A stretch of DNA of 64,000 nt from Cyanophora paradoxa CCMP329 (Eukaryota > Plantae > Glaucophyta): positions 62,001-126,000 of the forward strand of contig QPMI01000523.1 of the NCBI GenBank assembly GCA_004431415.1, written 5' to 3'. A model generated the notes under the pieces. The model saw only the letters and a list, made by a program, of their open reading frames with translations, did not search any database and was not told where the DNA came from. Of this stretch, positions 36,040 to 47,605 are shown piece by piece. Each line of letters opens with the position of its first letter. Positions within the stretch are counted from its first letter, which is position 1. The translations under genes and the position numbers were made by a program.

Positions 36040-36735
36040 ATGACTGATTTGGATGAATTTTTGGCTGGTGAAATGATAGAACCACCATTTCGTGTATTGG
36101 CAATAGGAAAATCAGCAACTGGTAAATCAGAAGCTGTAAAGTATTGGTTGAAGCAGTTGCATGATGCCAAAAAGATTGATGTTGTATTAGTTGTGAGTGG
36201 TACCAGCTTCAATCATTTCTGGGATAAAGTTGCAACATTGCAACTGGGAAAATGGGATGCCCCTTACATTGCTAAATTGCTAGATGAGAGGCAAGAGAAA
36301 ATAGAGAAAGGTGAACCTGTTAACCAGTTATGTGTAGTTTTAGATGATTTAATCGATAATGAGATAGTCGATCTCACAAGGGATAAAATAATCGGATCTC
36401 TGTATTCCAGAGGTCGCCATTCGAAAATATCCATTATCTGCATCACACAAAAGCTAAGAAAAGTCTCTTCGACTATTCGAGTCAATTCTGACTATGCTAT
36501 GTTTCTCAGTGCTGCTAATCGCAAAGAACTTGAAGCCATAGAGGAAGAATACAATATAATGCGAAATAAAGAGGATTTCTACAAGATGTTTGAAGAGTAT
36601 GTTCACTCCTATCAATATATCATTTGGTCCTCTGCAAACTACTCAGTTAAATACTATGTAGATAAAGCTGAGCTTGTGAAAGATTTCCCATTTCCTCGCT
36701 TCCACAGGAAGCCAAAAAGAAAGAGGATGAACTGA
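36040..36735 (+). CDS. genome packaging ATPase (A32-like, FtsK-HerA)
   Basis: Walker A GKSATGKS, Walker B CVVLDD, RGRHSKISIICITQ, IRVNSDY. Confidence 0.9.
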   Translation: MTDLDEFLAGEMIEPPFRVLAIGKSATGKSEAVKYWLKQLHDAKKIDVVLVVSGTSFNHFWDKVATLQLGKWDAPYIAKLLDERQEKIEKGEPVNQLCVVLDDLIDNEIVDLTRDKIIGSLYSRGRHSKISIICITQKLRKVSSTIRVNSDYAMFLSAANRKELEAIEEEYNIMRNKEDFYKMFEEYVHSYQYIIWSSANYSVKYYVDKAELVKDFPFPRFHRKPKRKRMN

Positions 36736-36849
36736 AACCACCAGAAAAAGAGGAAGCCCCCAAAGAAGTGAAAAGCCAAGTCCATAGCAATAAATTGATG
36801 CGATATAAACGCGGTTTATAAAATTATCTCTCATTCTAATAAAGATACA

Positions 36850-37584
36850 ATGCCTCCCAAACGAAAGATAGGGATTCCAGCTGGGGCTGTTGGCTATTCA
36901 GGTGGTGGAAACAATGGATCCATTAACACAGATCCACTGAAATTCAATGGTATGAATGAGGTAAAGCCCTCACAGCAAGAAGAGGACCCCCTAAATGCTG
37001 CCTATGAGGAATCAGTCGATGACAAAGCCCCACAAAGTTCAACTGCTGACCAACTGAACATTTCCCCTGAGACAGCAAAGATGAAGTCTGTTGCTGAGGG
37101 TGCCAGGCGAATTATTGGGGCTGCTGATGACAAAGGTTTAGGCTTGCAAGATCTTTCACTGGCTCGCAAAGGTGAGGGTCTTAGTAAGGAATCAGACAAG
37201 GTAATTCAGTCTATGGCTGGTGAAGTCACATACAAGACTGCTCCCACTCAAAATATTCATCGAATTCCCAAGGCTCAATGGGATGAGATGACTGCTAAAC
37301 TCAAAGATCTGGAAGCCAAATCAAGTGCCTTGGAGCAGTATGTTACTGAGAAGAAAGAGAGAGCCAAGCTAAAGGAGATGCTTCGAAAGGAAGTTTATAA
37401 AATGGGAATCACTGGTGTCCCAGATAAACAGTTTATTGCTAAGAAAGAGAACCAAATCGATGAGCAGGCAGTAGATGAAATGAAAACAAAAACCCAAAAG
37501 GGAACCATTGAACCTGGTGCCACCAAAGCTGAAGTAGAAAAGGGAGTTGCCCCAACAGTATATAAAAGACGAGTTTGGCTTTAA
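36850..37584 (+). CDS. hypothetical viral protein (244 aa, charged, coiled-coil)
   Basis: Clean ORF with the element's typical AT-rich upstream context. Confidence 0.6.
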   Translation: MPPKRKIGIPAGAVGYSGGGNNGSINTDPLKFNGMNEVKPSQQEEDPLNAAYEESVDDKAPQSSTADQLNISPETAKMKSVAEGARRIIGAADDKGLGLQDLSLARKGEGLSKESDKVIQSMAGEVTYKTAPTQNIHRIPKAQWDEMTAKLKDLEAKSSALEQYVTEKKERAKLKEMLRKEVYKMGITGVPDKQFIAKKENQIDEQAVDEMKTKTQKGTIEPGATKAEVEKGVAPTVYKRRVWL

Positions 37585-37606
37585 TTATCTCTGTTTTATT
37601 AGAGAT

Positions 37607-37879
37607 ATGGACATAATACGAAAGTTCTTCGAGATGTTCAGTCTGCATGTGGTGAGCAATTGCCACAGTGGATGTTGTGAGACAACAGTGGAGTTTGAGA
37701 TGTCAGATAATGAGGATAATGCCTCAGAAGCAAGAGAGAGAAGGAGATCAACAGTTTCTGTGGAGTCAATGCCAGCAGACCCCACAGAGTATACATATGA
37801 GCAACAGGAGTATCCAAGGAGAAGTTCTCTGTCAGCAGAAAACGTTTTCTCTGGGAATATAAATGGAGGATACTATTAG
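37607..37879 (+). CDS. hypothetical viral protein
   Basis: ORF from MDIIRKFF with the shared upstream motif. Confidence 0.45.
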   Translation: MDIIRKFFEMFSLHVVSNCHSGCCETTVEFEMSDNEDNASEARERRRSTVSVESMPADPTEYTYEQQEYPRRSSLSAENVFSGNINGGYY

Positions 37880-38108
37880 TTTAATCGAGTTTACCAGTGA
37901 TGAACCTGTTACTGAGGGGTCTATAAGACACATTCTGGCAATGCAGAAACGATATAGAGATGACCCAGCCTATAGAGAGTATAAAAAGCAGCAAGCCTTG
38001 GCATCCTATTATCGAAGAAAAGCCCAAAAAGAGGAGCAGAGACCCAGAGGGAGACCGATTAAATATTATTTGCCTACTGATAGTAGCAATGGACCCCCAG
38101 GTCTATAA
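37863..38108 (+). CDS. small basic protein with AT-hook-like motif
   Basis: QKRYRDDPAYREYKKQQALASYYRRK...RPRGRPIKY; paralogous to 38260-38586. Confidence 0.55.
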   Translation: MEDTISLIEFTSDEPVTEGSIRHILAMQKRYRDDPAYREYKKQQALASYYRRKAQKEEQRPRGRPIKYYLPTDSSNGPPGL

Positions 38109-38259
38109 GATAATCGAGAAAAAGCGGTCTCAGTATGCCACTGAGGCAGCTATAAAAGTTTACAGACAGGAACTGGTGTTCGCAACAAAAATGACTTAAA
38201 GAAAAAGTAGATAGGTTGTATTGAGGAAAAATTATTTTCGTATCTACTATTAAAGAGAA

Positions 38260-38586
38260 ATGCCGAATATCCGCAAGATACTCACAGATGATGAAAAAGC
38301 AGAGAAGCTGAGACTGAAAAGGGAGCAAGATGCCCAAAGAAAACGCGAAGCCTATCATAAAAAGAAGGAGGAACGATTATCCCAAGGAGCCGCTACAGTT
38401 CACACACCAGAAGAACTCAAAAAGATTGCCCTCAGACACCAGAGGAAATACAGGGAAAATGAAGAATATCGCGAACAGAAAAAGGCGAAAGCGCTGGAAT
38501 ACTACCACAAGAAAAAAGACGAACTACCCAAGACACCCAAAGAGCATAAACCGGTTGGAAGACCTCGGAAATATATCGAAGAATAA
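38260..38586 (+). CDS. basic protein with C-terminal AT-hook
   Basis: QRKYRENEEYREQKKAKALEYYHKKK...KPVGRPRKY. Confidence 0.65.
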   Translation: MPNIRKILTDDEKAEKLRLKREQDAQRKREAYHKKKEERLSQGAATVHTPEELKKIALRHQRKYRENEEYREQKKAKALEYYHKKKDELPKTPKEHKPVGRPRKYIEE

Positions 38587-38804
38587 ATTCTCGATCGAAA
38601 CAAATTTTGTAGAAATCGATTTGATCGGAGGCAAAAAAATGACAGCTTTCTTCCCTCTTTTTTAAAACTGTACCTATATATCGAGACAGTATCCCGACCC
38701 AAAACTACTTAAGGACTTGGCAAATAATAGGATATATATAAAAGACAATTCCTCCTTCCGAAATTATTTTCTTCGTTAAAGGTAGAAGTCCCCCAAAATC
38801 GAAA

Positions 38805-41396
38805 ATGAACAAAATCGAGAAATTCGCCACCCCTGTTGAAAATGCTACATTCCTTAGTACTCTCATTGGTGATCGCAACAAGGTCACCCATGTATTTGAT
38901 TCTGCTGAAGATGCCCTTGAAGCCATTGATAATAGCAAGGTTAAGACCTGGGCTGAATGCATTCAGCCTGAACAAGTCACCAGAGTTTACCTGGACCTGG
39001 ATAAATTCGCTGATTTGAAGGAGAACATTGCTGAAAACTATGCTGAGGCTGAAACTGTTGTAAGAGAGATGAGAGATAAGCTATGGAAGCGATCTGGGAC
39101 CACTTCGATTAACGATATTGCTGTTGCAGTTCGCCATAGAAGGGTTTATTTGATCAAGGAGGATGTCACCAAGTTCAAGATCTCAGCCCACTTTATCATT
39201 AAATCGCTTGCATGCAAACATGAAGATATCCCCAAGCTTTTCAAAGCTATGGGATTGGTGAAAATGAGGATTATGACAGTGGAGTTTACAGCTCCACACA
39301 GAACCTTATCTGCCTCAATTGCTGCAAAGGTGAGACTCTGGATGCTCAAAATAAATCAAAGAAAGATGTTGATAAAAACGTTTGCTTTAAGAAATTCGTT
39401 GACTGTGACAAAGTGTTAATGCGAAATGAGGACTTCTTTGTATCTTTCTTCTCAGCTTCTACTAAACTTGTGGATGAATCGAATATTTCTGCATTCGCAA
39501 ATTATAGCCCTGAGCCAAAACCAGTTAAAAAGGAGCCAAAAAGTGATAAAGTGAAGACTGAGAAGGTAGAAGCTGAAAAAGACACTGAACCCGAAAATCC
39601 TGTTACTTTCGAACTGCTACAAAGTGTTATAATGGGTCTGAATGGTGAGAGAGCTAATGAGTATAAAACTTGGATTGATGTAGGACTGGTCATCATCAAT
39701 GTTGGGGAAGACAACAAGTTCACCCCTAAAATGCAAGCTGAACTCTTCCACCAATTCTCAGAACAGAGTGACAAGTATGATTATGATGAATGCCAGGAGA
39801 AGTTTACACAGCTTCGCAGAAGCAAGAAGAAGGCTGAGCCTGGCAAAGTGTTGACCTTCAAATCCTTGGTTTATTGGTTGAGCAAAGATAACAATGAGCT
39901 TTTCAAGGAACTCTTCCCCAAAAAGTATGCATTCCTACCAGAGGACACAGATGAAATCGATTACAAGACTGCAAGTATCCCTCCTTTGGCTGAACATTAC
40001 AATGTGCATAAGAGGTATTTCAATGCTCGAATGCATCATGTTGAAAATGTTGGTTGTGTGATGCTCTGGGATGAACAACTACTTTGCTGGATGCCCAAAG
40101 ATATTGGGAAGCTCTCTACAAAGCATTTCCCCCATTGATGCATAAGGTGATTGTCAATGAGGGAACAGATAATGAGAAAGAGAAATGGGAGCAATCATTT
40201 AGGAAATGGATTGTGGATCCAACAGCCACAAGATCAACTTACATGGATTTCCTTCCCCCTCCTGCTTCTCTCAGTGCAAAATGCAAGTCTGTATTTAATC
40301 TCTATCCAGGAATGAAGGTCGACCATCAGCAATTCGAAAATGCTCCAGAGGATGTAACTGCTGAGATGATTAAGCCTTTCCTAGATCACTTGTTCTTAAT
40401 GTCTGGTGAGGATCAAAATACCTATGAATATCTGTTGAAATGGTTTGCCCACATGCTGCAAAAGCCTGGGAACTCAATGGAGTATCCTTAATCTTCATTG
40501 GTGAGCAGGGAACTGGTAAAAATGTGTTGGTTGATACTTTCCAAAAGAAGATACTTGGAGATGCCCTAAGTTATGCAACTGGAAAGCCAAAAGAGGATCT
40601 GTTTGGTCGATTTGCCCACAATAGAGAGGATAAGATCTTGATTGTTGTGAATGAAGCCTCAGGCAAGGACACATTCGAAAATAATGATATGCTCAAAGAT
40701 CTCATAACTTCTGATAAGATTGTAATTGAACACAAAGGGATAGATTCATACACAAAAAGCAACTTTGCCAGGATTATATTCACCAGCAATAACAACATTC
40801 CAGTGAAAATTGAAGCTGGAGATAGGCGATTTGTGGTTGTTGAAGTTAGTAAGAAATTCGCAAAGGATAGGTCATACTTCCTTCCACTTGTAAAATGGCT
40901 AAATGATCACTGCAATATTCGAAACATTGCCCACTATTTGAGAACCAAAGTTGACTGTGAGGATGTGAACTGGATTGCTGATAGACCCCTTACAAATAAA
41001 TACTATTTAGCCCAACAGGTGTGCGCTCCAATCATTCTTATGTTCACTAAGTGGCTTGTGGATCGAGGCTTAATTTCCGAGAATAAATGCAAGTCTGGTA
41101 GCCTTGTGGAAACCTGGAAGTGGTTCCAGGAGTTTATTACCAGCAATAAATATAAAAACGATTATAATAGTCGCCGATATTATACTGAAATGAGAAGTGT
41201 TACATATATCCAAGTGAAAACTACAAATGGCAAACAATACTATCATTTCCTATTCCCACAAGTATTTGAGGAATTCAGAAAGATGAAGCTTGTAGATGAT
41301 GAGACTATTGAGGAAGAAGCTAATCCAAGGATGAAACAGGACCTACCTGCTGCTGATCCTGATGCATCAGATTATGATTCAGATGTTGAAGTTTAA
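38805..41396 (+). CDS. AEP primase - PriCT-2 - SF3 helicase (D5-like), 3 frameshifts
   Basis: RVYLDLD, SAHFII, YDSGVYS; PriCT-2 EYKTWIDVG..FSEQSDKYD; Walker A IGEQGTGKN, IVVNEA, IIFTSNN, DRRF. Confidence 0.88.
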
Positions 41397-41482
41397 GTTT
41401 AGTCAAAGGTGGACTCACAGTTGATTCAAATTTATCATAAAAGACCCAAACAGTCTTTTATTTACGGTTTATTTATCGATTA

Positions 41483-41588
41483 GGTTGACTAAGTGGGGGG
41501 AGTTGACTCATTTTTTCACAGATTCTAAAAAAGGACTCTGCCCTAAAAAGAAATAAAAAGTGCCTCAACTCCACCCACTAAGTCAACC
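41483..41588. promoter_or_regulatory. internal copy of the TIR inverted-repeat module (candidate origin)
   Basis: GGTTGACTAAGTGGGGGGAGTTGAC is identical to 21376-21400, with an imperfect inverted partner at 41564-41588. Function is inferred. Confidence 0.6.
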
Positions 41589-41639
41589 AAAAAATGATTT
41601 AAGAGATAGAAAAATATATTTATATGTAAGTAGTAAGAA

Positions 41640-41990
41640 ATGGCTGGAACAGATCATGATTCTGGATCGATCTATATGATTGAGAGTGAAGAATTGAATA
41701 AAGTTTATATAGGGAGAACCTCACAGCCACTACAAAAAAGATGGAGACAACACAAATCAGGTCAAATGCCATCAACAGCAGACCTATGCAAGGCTTCGGA
41801 TGTGAGGTTTTCAGTCCTTTATTCAACTAAGAAGGGTGGGCATGAAGACCTTATGAACAGAGAAGCATATTACATGTATCTCTTTGAACCTTGGATAGTC
41901 AATCTACAAAAACCGAAATCTCGATTTAGGATTAATAGGTTTTTGCGATTTCATTCAGAGGAAGCCAATGGATCCATTAAAACATTTTAA
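41640..41990 (+). CDS. GIY-YIG endonuclease
   Basis: GSIYMI...VYIGRT..LQKRWRQH...E...N. Confidence 0.85.
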   Translation: MAGTDHDSGSIYMIESEELNKVYIGRTSQPLQKRWRQHKSGQMPSTADLCKASDVRFSVLYSTKKGGHEDLMNREAYYMYLFEPWIVNLQKPKSRFRINRFLRFHSEEANGSIKTF

Positions 41991-42049
41991 ATTGCGTTTA
42001 GAACATCCTAAAATAAAATATCCCTTAGAATAGGAACAAGTTAGGAATA

Positions 42050-45000
42050 ATGCCCCGAATTACCAACAAACTCATAAGGGAGAAGAAATGGGAACTCATG
42101 GGATTGCTGGGAACACTATATGCAGCCCATGAAATAACAGAGGATGAATATGACCGGGAAATAGATTAAATTGCAAGGGGCAGACCCACTTTAAGCAGAT
42201 TAACCAGAAAAGCAAATAACCTATATGATAAAATTGAAACCTTGGATGAACTGGATAGGCTTAGGCAAATAGAACCAGAGGCAGAAGATGGAACAGCCAT
42301 GAATGAATTATATCGCTGGCTCACATACAGAGCCAGAAGGGAAGTTGTTGTAGATGTGATTGAATTCCTGGATAGAATTGCTACATCCCTTCCAAATCGA
42401 TTAAAGCAGGGTTTAGATCAATTCAGGGCAATCAAGGTTCGCTTGTCTTTTATCTGCAAGTTCGTTAAAGTGAGCAATCCACAGGTTTGGATATCGAAAT
42501 ACATTTACAGTGATTACTTTGTATTAACCAGGTCGAGAAATATTCGAACTGAGCTGAATAAAGCAGCCCAAATGTGTCAGGAGCAGATGAATGTGGTTGA
42601 TAGCTATCGCTTAGAAAGAATTGAAATACTCAGAGTGGCTATTATGAGTTATGCTCCAACTGGTGGATGCTTTCTACAAACCCCAGAGTGGATTGCTAGG
42701 AAGAGAGCCACAGTGAATATTCGAAATATAGATGATTCCTGCTTCGAAAATGCGATTTTAGCCTCGATTTACAGAAAATCTATTAACTCCCATAAGAGGA
42801 ATGAGCTTTCACAATATCGCAAATGGAAATACTCAGCAATCGCTTATAATCCGCTGGCTCTCAATTTCGACAATATCCCATTCCCTGTTGCCTGTGATGC
42901 TGAAATAATTGATAAATTCGAGGCTCAAAATGCAGGCATTAGCATTAATATATTCGGAATCGATGGAGAGGTTGTTTATCCCCTGCATCAATCCAGTAAC
43001 CCAGGCAGAAAGCATAAGGTTAATCTCATGCTGATATTTGATGATGAAGGGAATGGTCACTATATTACAATCATGTCCCTTTCAAGGCTATTGAAAGTAA
43101 ACCATGAAACATACAATGATCAGAAGTTACACTACTGTGATACATGCTTATCTCGATTCAGGTCTGAGGCTAAACTCACTGCTCATGTGGACTCAAACAG
43201 ATGCATTGATTGGAGACTCTCAAAGGGAATCACCCCTAAACCTGAGACCACCATAGAGTTTGGACTGAAAAACCTCAGGAAAACTGTGTGGCTTCCTGTT
43301 GTGGTTTACTGCAAGATTGAACATAGAAGCATCCCCATTGATGCATCGAAATCCAAGAGGGAAGTCTCAGCAGTGAACCTTAGAGTAGTCACTGGGGAAG
43401 ATGTTCAAGATTTTCGATTTGAGGGGCAGGATCCAATGGGAGGTCTCTTTGAATGCTTGGAGTCCAAAGCAAGAGAGCTGATCGATTTTCTGTTTACCAA
43501 TATTCCCATGAATGAACTCACAGATGAGCAAAAGGCTATTTACAGAGCTACCAAACACTGTTACCTTTGCAGTGAGAGGTTCACCAAGGAAAACTTCAAA
43601 TGCAGGGATCATGATCACCACACAGGTAATTACATTGCTCCTGCATGCAGAAACTGCAATCTCCATAGGAGAATCTCAAAGCAAACCAAAGTTGCAGTTG
43701 TTGTTGACCAAATGGATGACTGTGGGACATTCATTTTCAGAAAAATAGCAGGCATGGGTGATAAAAAGCGAATCGAAATCCTTTCGAAAAACTTTGATCA
43801 ATACCTTTCATTGCAATGGGGTCTTTACAAGTTCATTGATGCAAGTAATTTTATGGACTTTGGGGCTGCTGATGTAGATGAGTTAATGAGCAAATTCCAG
43901 GCTTTCAGAAGGCTTTCACACTCAGTATATGGACTTGACCCAGTTCATTATGTATCTGCACCTGGGCTATCTTGGGATGCTATGCTTAGGACCACCAAGG
44001 CAAAAATAGAACTCATCAGTGATGTAGAGCAATACGAATTTGTTGAGAGGGGAATCAGGGGTGGCTTTGCAACAATGCCTTGTAGGTATGCTGAGGCTGA
44101 TGGTGAGAACTCCCATATAATGCTGTTTGATGCTAACAACTTGTATGGCTACTGTTTGAGTCAGCCAATTCCAGTTGGTGATTTTAGATGGGAGACCGAA
44201 TTCAACCCACAAGATAACAGATCCAGTTTCCTGGAAGTTGATCTGGATTACCCAATTAGGCTATATCTAGACCACAGTGATTTCCCCCTAATTATTAACA
44301 AGAAAATAATAGATTATGCCGAATTATCACAATATCAAAAGAGCCTATTAGATCTTTCAGGAGAAGAACTTGATAAAACCCCTAAGCTTACTGCAACCTT
44401 TGGCTCTGTGACCAACTATGTGATTTCTGAGCCTCTTCTACAGTATCTGTTAGACAAAGGGGTGAAATTAAAGAAGGTTCACAGGGTCCTATCATTTACT
44501 GTGGCTCCTGTAATGAAACCATATATTGAGCTGAACACTGAGATGAGAAGGAGAGCAGTGAATAAATTCGAGGCTGATTTCTATAAGCTCATGAATAATT
44601 CAATCTATGGGAAATGCATTGAATCTTGCAGGGGTAGATCTGTGGTTAAGATTGCAAACAGTGAGAAACTGTTTACGAAATATGCAGCCTCTCCATTGGT
44701 GAAATCAACAAGCCCCATAAACGAAAGAGCAGTTGCCTTTGAGTTTTACACAAAACATGTGAAGCTAGATAAGCCAGTTGCCATTGGAGCCTATGTTTTG
44801 GATGCTGCCAAACTGCATAATTACCAGTTCTTCTATGATACTATAAGGTCCCAATGGTCAAAAGCAAAGTTACTATTCCATGATACTGATTCCTTTTGTC
44901 TATATATCGAATCTCAGACCCTCCAAAAGGACCTGGGAATATCTCTTATGCATTGGACCTTGGAGGTGATTCAAGAATGACCCCAGGTAAATACAAAAAT

Positions 45001-45294
45001 GAGATGCCAGGTTCTGCTATATTGGAGTATGTGGGTCTGAGAGCCAAAGTTTACAGTTTCAGAACTGCTGAGATTGAGAGAAGTAAGCTCTCTGGGACTT
45101 CTACTGAGGAACTCCAATTTAATGATTTTAAGCAGTGTTTATTTGCAGGTATCAGCAAGACTGTGACTGCAAAGCAGAAGAGAAGGGCAGATCACACAAT
45201 AATAGATACTGTGAGTAGAAGGGTTGCCCTGAACTGCTTTGATGCAAAGAGATACATCTTACCAGATGGTATTAATTCTGTTCCTTTTAATTAA
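42050..45294 (+). CDS. polB: protein-primed family B DNA polymerase (Maverick/adintovirus type); in-frame TAA at 42167-42169, frameshift ~44935
   Basis: Motifs LFDANNLYG, KLMNNSIYGK, HDTDS, GLRAKVYS; N-terminal VNIRNIDDSCF/GHYITI region, a C2H2 finger and an endonuclease VII-like CxxC..RDHDH..G..C..CN. Confidence 0.92.
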
Positions 45295-45297
45295 GAG

Positions 45298-46683
45298 ATG
45301 CCAGCAACTGCAAGAATAGTTAGAAGAACCACTGAACAACTGCAAGGTAACCTACTGCCCATCACAATTCCAAAGGAGGAAAAGGGAGAATCTCGAATTG
45401 TTAAAAAATCAGAGATGAAAGAACTTGTCCCAGTAGAGATTCCAGTTGCAATTGCAGTGAAAGAAACCAGCAAGATTGCCAAGAGATTCTATGATGTGAG
45501 AACTGGTTACAAAGGGCTTCAAGCTATGAGGGCTGAGTTACCAGATGAATCCTATAAGCAGTTGCAAGAGTTCTATAAAAAGCAAGAGGTAGTTCAGATC
45601 AATGCACCTGCTATATCTAGGAAGAGAGATCCCATGGTCCCAATAAGGCAACCCCTTGATACCTATGTGATTGATTTGCTCTTTTTCCCAGCTTATAAGA
45701 AACAAAACAATGGCTATGATACCTTTATGACTGCAATGGAATCTACACTGAGAACTGGGTATATCATACCTATAAGGGATAAATCAGCTCTCACTACATT
45801 AGCTGCATTTAAACAGCTTGAAATGAGAGTGGCAAGACCCATAGTAAAAGTTCAATCAGATGCTGGGAGTGAATTCCAAAATCGAATATTCCAGGAGTAT
45901 TTATCTAGTAAATTCATAGAACACCAAGTGAGTGGAACTGCTGACCATAGAAGCCAAGGTCGAATTGAAGCCTTTAACAAGCAGATTAAGAGACTGATCA
46001 CAAACTATTGCATAGCTAATAACACAGCTAGATTCTTTGATGTGTTAGGTGATATTGAGTATAATTACAATAATACAGTTCACTCAGCTACTAAGATGAA
46101 GCCAGGCGAAACTACAGAGGAGCATTATAGGTATATAGTGGGATTAGAAGATGAAAGATTCAAGAAATCAATAGCTTACCTTGATACCATGCAGCCTGGC
46201 ATGTTTGTTAGAGTGAAAGTTGAGAAGAACCCCTTTGCTAAACAGGGTAACAATTGGTCTAGGATGGTTTACACTGTTGATAGTAGGGAAGGCTTTAAGT
46301 TTAAGCTAAGGAGTCCCACTGGTGAGATCATAGAAAACAGGTTTGCTTTCCATGAGCTGTTGCCTGTGAATGCAGTTGAATATCTAGAAACCCCTACAGT
46401 GGATGCCTTGGAGCAAGCTAAAGAGGAAGCCAGGGCTGATGCTGCTATAAGGAGAGAAGGCATAGAAGCTGCTAATGAAGTCCCAGTTAAGCCTTTGATA
46501 GAGGCTAGGAAGGAGAAGGCTGGGAAAGTTAACAGGGAACTCAAAAAGCTCACTATAGCAGGAACACAGAAACTTTCAGAAGTGAATAGCCAGAGATGGT
46601 ATAATGACTTTCAGACTACTAAGGAGTCATATACAGCCCCTAAACCTCAAAGAACACTAAGAGAAAGGACCAAAACTAGCTAG
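45298..46683 (+). CDS. retroviral-like (rve) DDE integrase
   Basis: YVIDLL (D), VQSDAGSEF (D), GRIEAFNK (E), YNNTVHSATKMKP, SH3-like GMFVRV..NWS; uninterrupted; consistent with the 6-bp TSD. Confidence 0.93.
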   Translation: MPATARIVRRTTEQLQGNLLPITIPKEEKGESRIVKKSEMKELVPVEIPVAIAVKETSKIAKRFYDVRTGYKGLQAMRAELPDESYKQLQEFYKKQEVVQINAPAISRKRDPMVPIRQPLDTYVIDLLFFPAYKKQNNGYDTFMTAMESTLRTGYIIPIRDKSALTTLAAFKQLEMRVARPIVKVQSDAGSEFQNRIFQEYLSSKFIEHQVSGTADHRSQGRIEAFNKQIKRLITNYCIANNTARFFDVLGDIEYNYNNTVHSATKMKPGETTEEHYRYIVGLEDERFKKSIAYLDTMQPGMFVRVKVEKNPFAKQGNNWSRMVYTVDSREGFKFKLRSPTGEIIENRFAFHELLPVNAVEYLETPTVDALEQAKEEARADAAIRREGIEAANEVPVKPLIEARKEKAGKVNRELKKLTIAGTQKLSEVNSQRWYNDFQTTKESYTAPKPQRTLRERTKTS

Positions 46684-47605
46684 TTTGCTAGGCGAAAACT
46701 CGTTTTTTCCAAATATATGTATGACTGATATACATATATGCATATGATATACACATAGTCTTGTAGATCTTATCAAGCGCTTCACAGCGCTATGCAGAAC
46801 GTTGCGTTTTGATGATCTGGTGATGAGATATAACAGTTTGAAGATGCAAAAGTCACTTGCCATAGTGGGCTTGGTGAAACACTAGCCCAGGAGTCGACTT
46901 GGAACCAAGTCGTTTTTGGCTCAGCGGTTAAGACGCTTGGATTTCCGAGTCGCCATTCAAATCCGCTCGGGAACCTTTACTTCGTTCGCCGTGAAACTTG
47001 AAAAGTTAAAAAAAAACGCGGTTTTTTCTAGATTAATGCTGTACCCGTCTGGAAAATCATTATTCACGTTTGCTGCGATATCTCAGCACCAACTTATCAA
47101 ATCGATGCGCTTTAAACGTCATAAAATCGAGCATTTCAAGGCGGTCTGAGCGCTTATCAGCCATATCGACATTTCGATAACTCTGACTCGAAATCGCGAT
47201 GAAACCGATTTTGAATTTTGATTTTAAATTCGATTAAAATGCATTAAACGTGAGTTTTTAATATAGATCACCAGGAAGTTATCAAATCGATGCACTGGCG
47301 GTAAAATATAATGACATATATCATACATAACAATAACTTGCAATCACATATACGAATCTCGATGTGTATACATCGCTATTACGATTAAAGCGAGTTTTGA
47401 AATTCAAAATAATTCGATTAAATTCGATTATAACTCAAAAATCGCGAGTTTTAACCATATACTTATCAATTCGATCAACGTATGATATCTTATATTCCGC
47501 TATATTGTATTGCTTCGATAAACGTGATCACATATATGAAAACATCAATCTAACATTGCATTTAGTAAGCATCTCCCCAAGATTCCCCCTATTATATTAT
47601 ATTTA

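Noticed and set aside
26705-45294. Programmed ribosomal frameshifting or wholesale pseudogenisation of viral genes
   Set aside because: Most shifts are fixed by adding one base to a short homopolymer, with no shared slippery motif and near-identical TIRs. Consensus error is simpler, though decay is not excluded.
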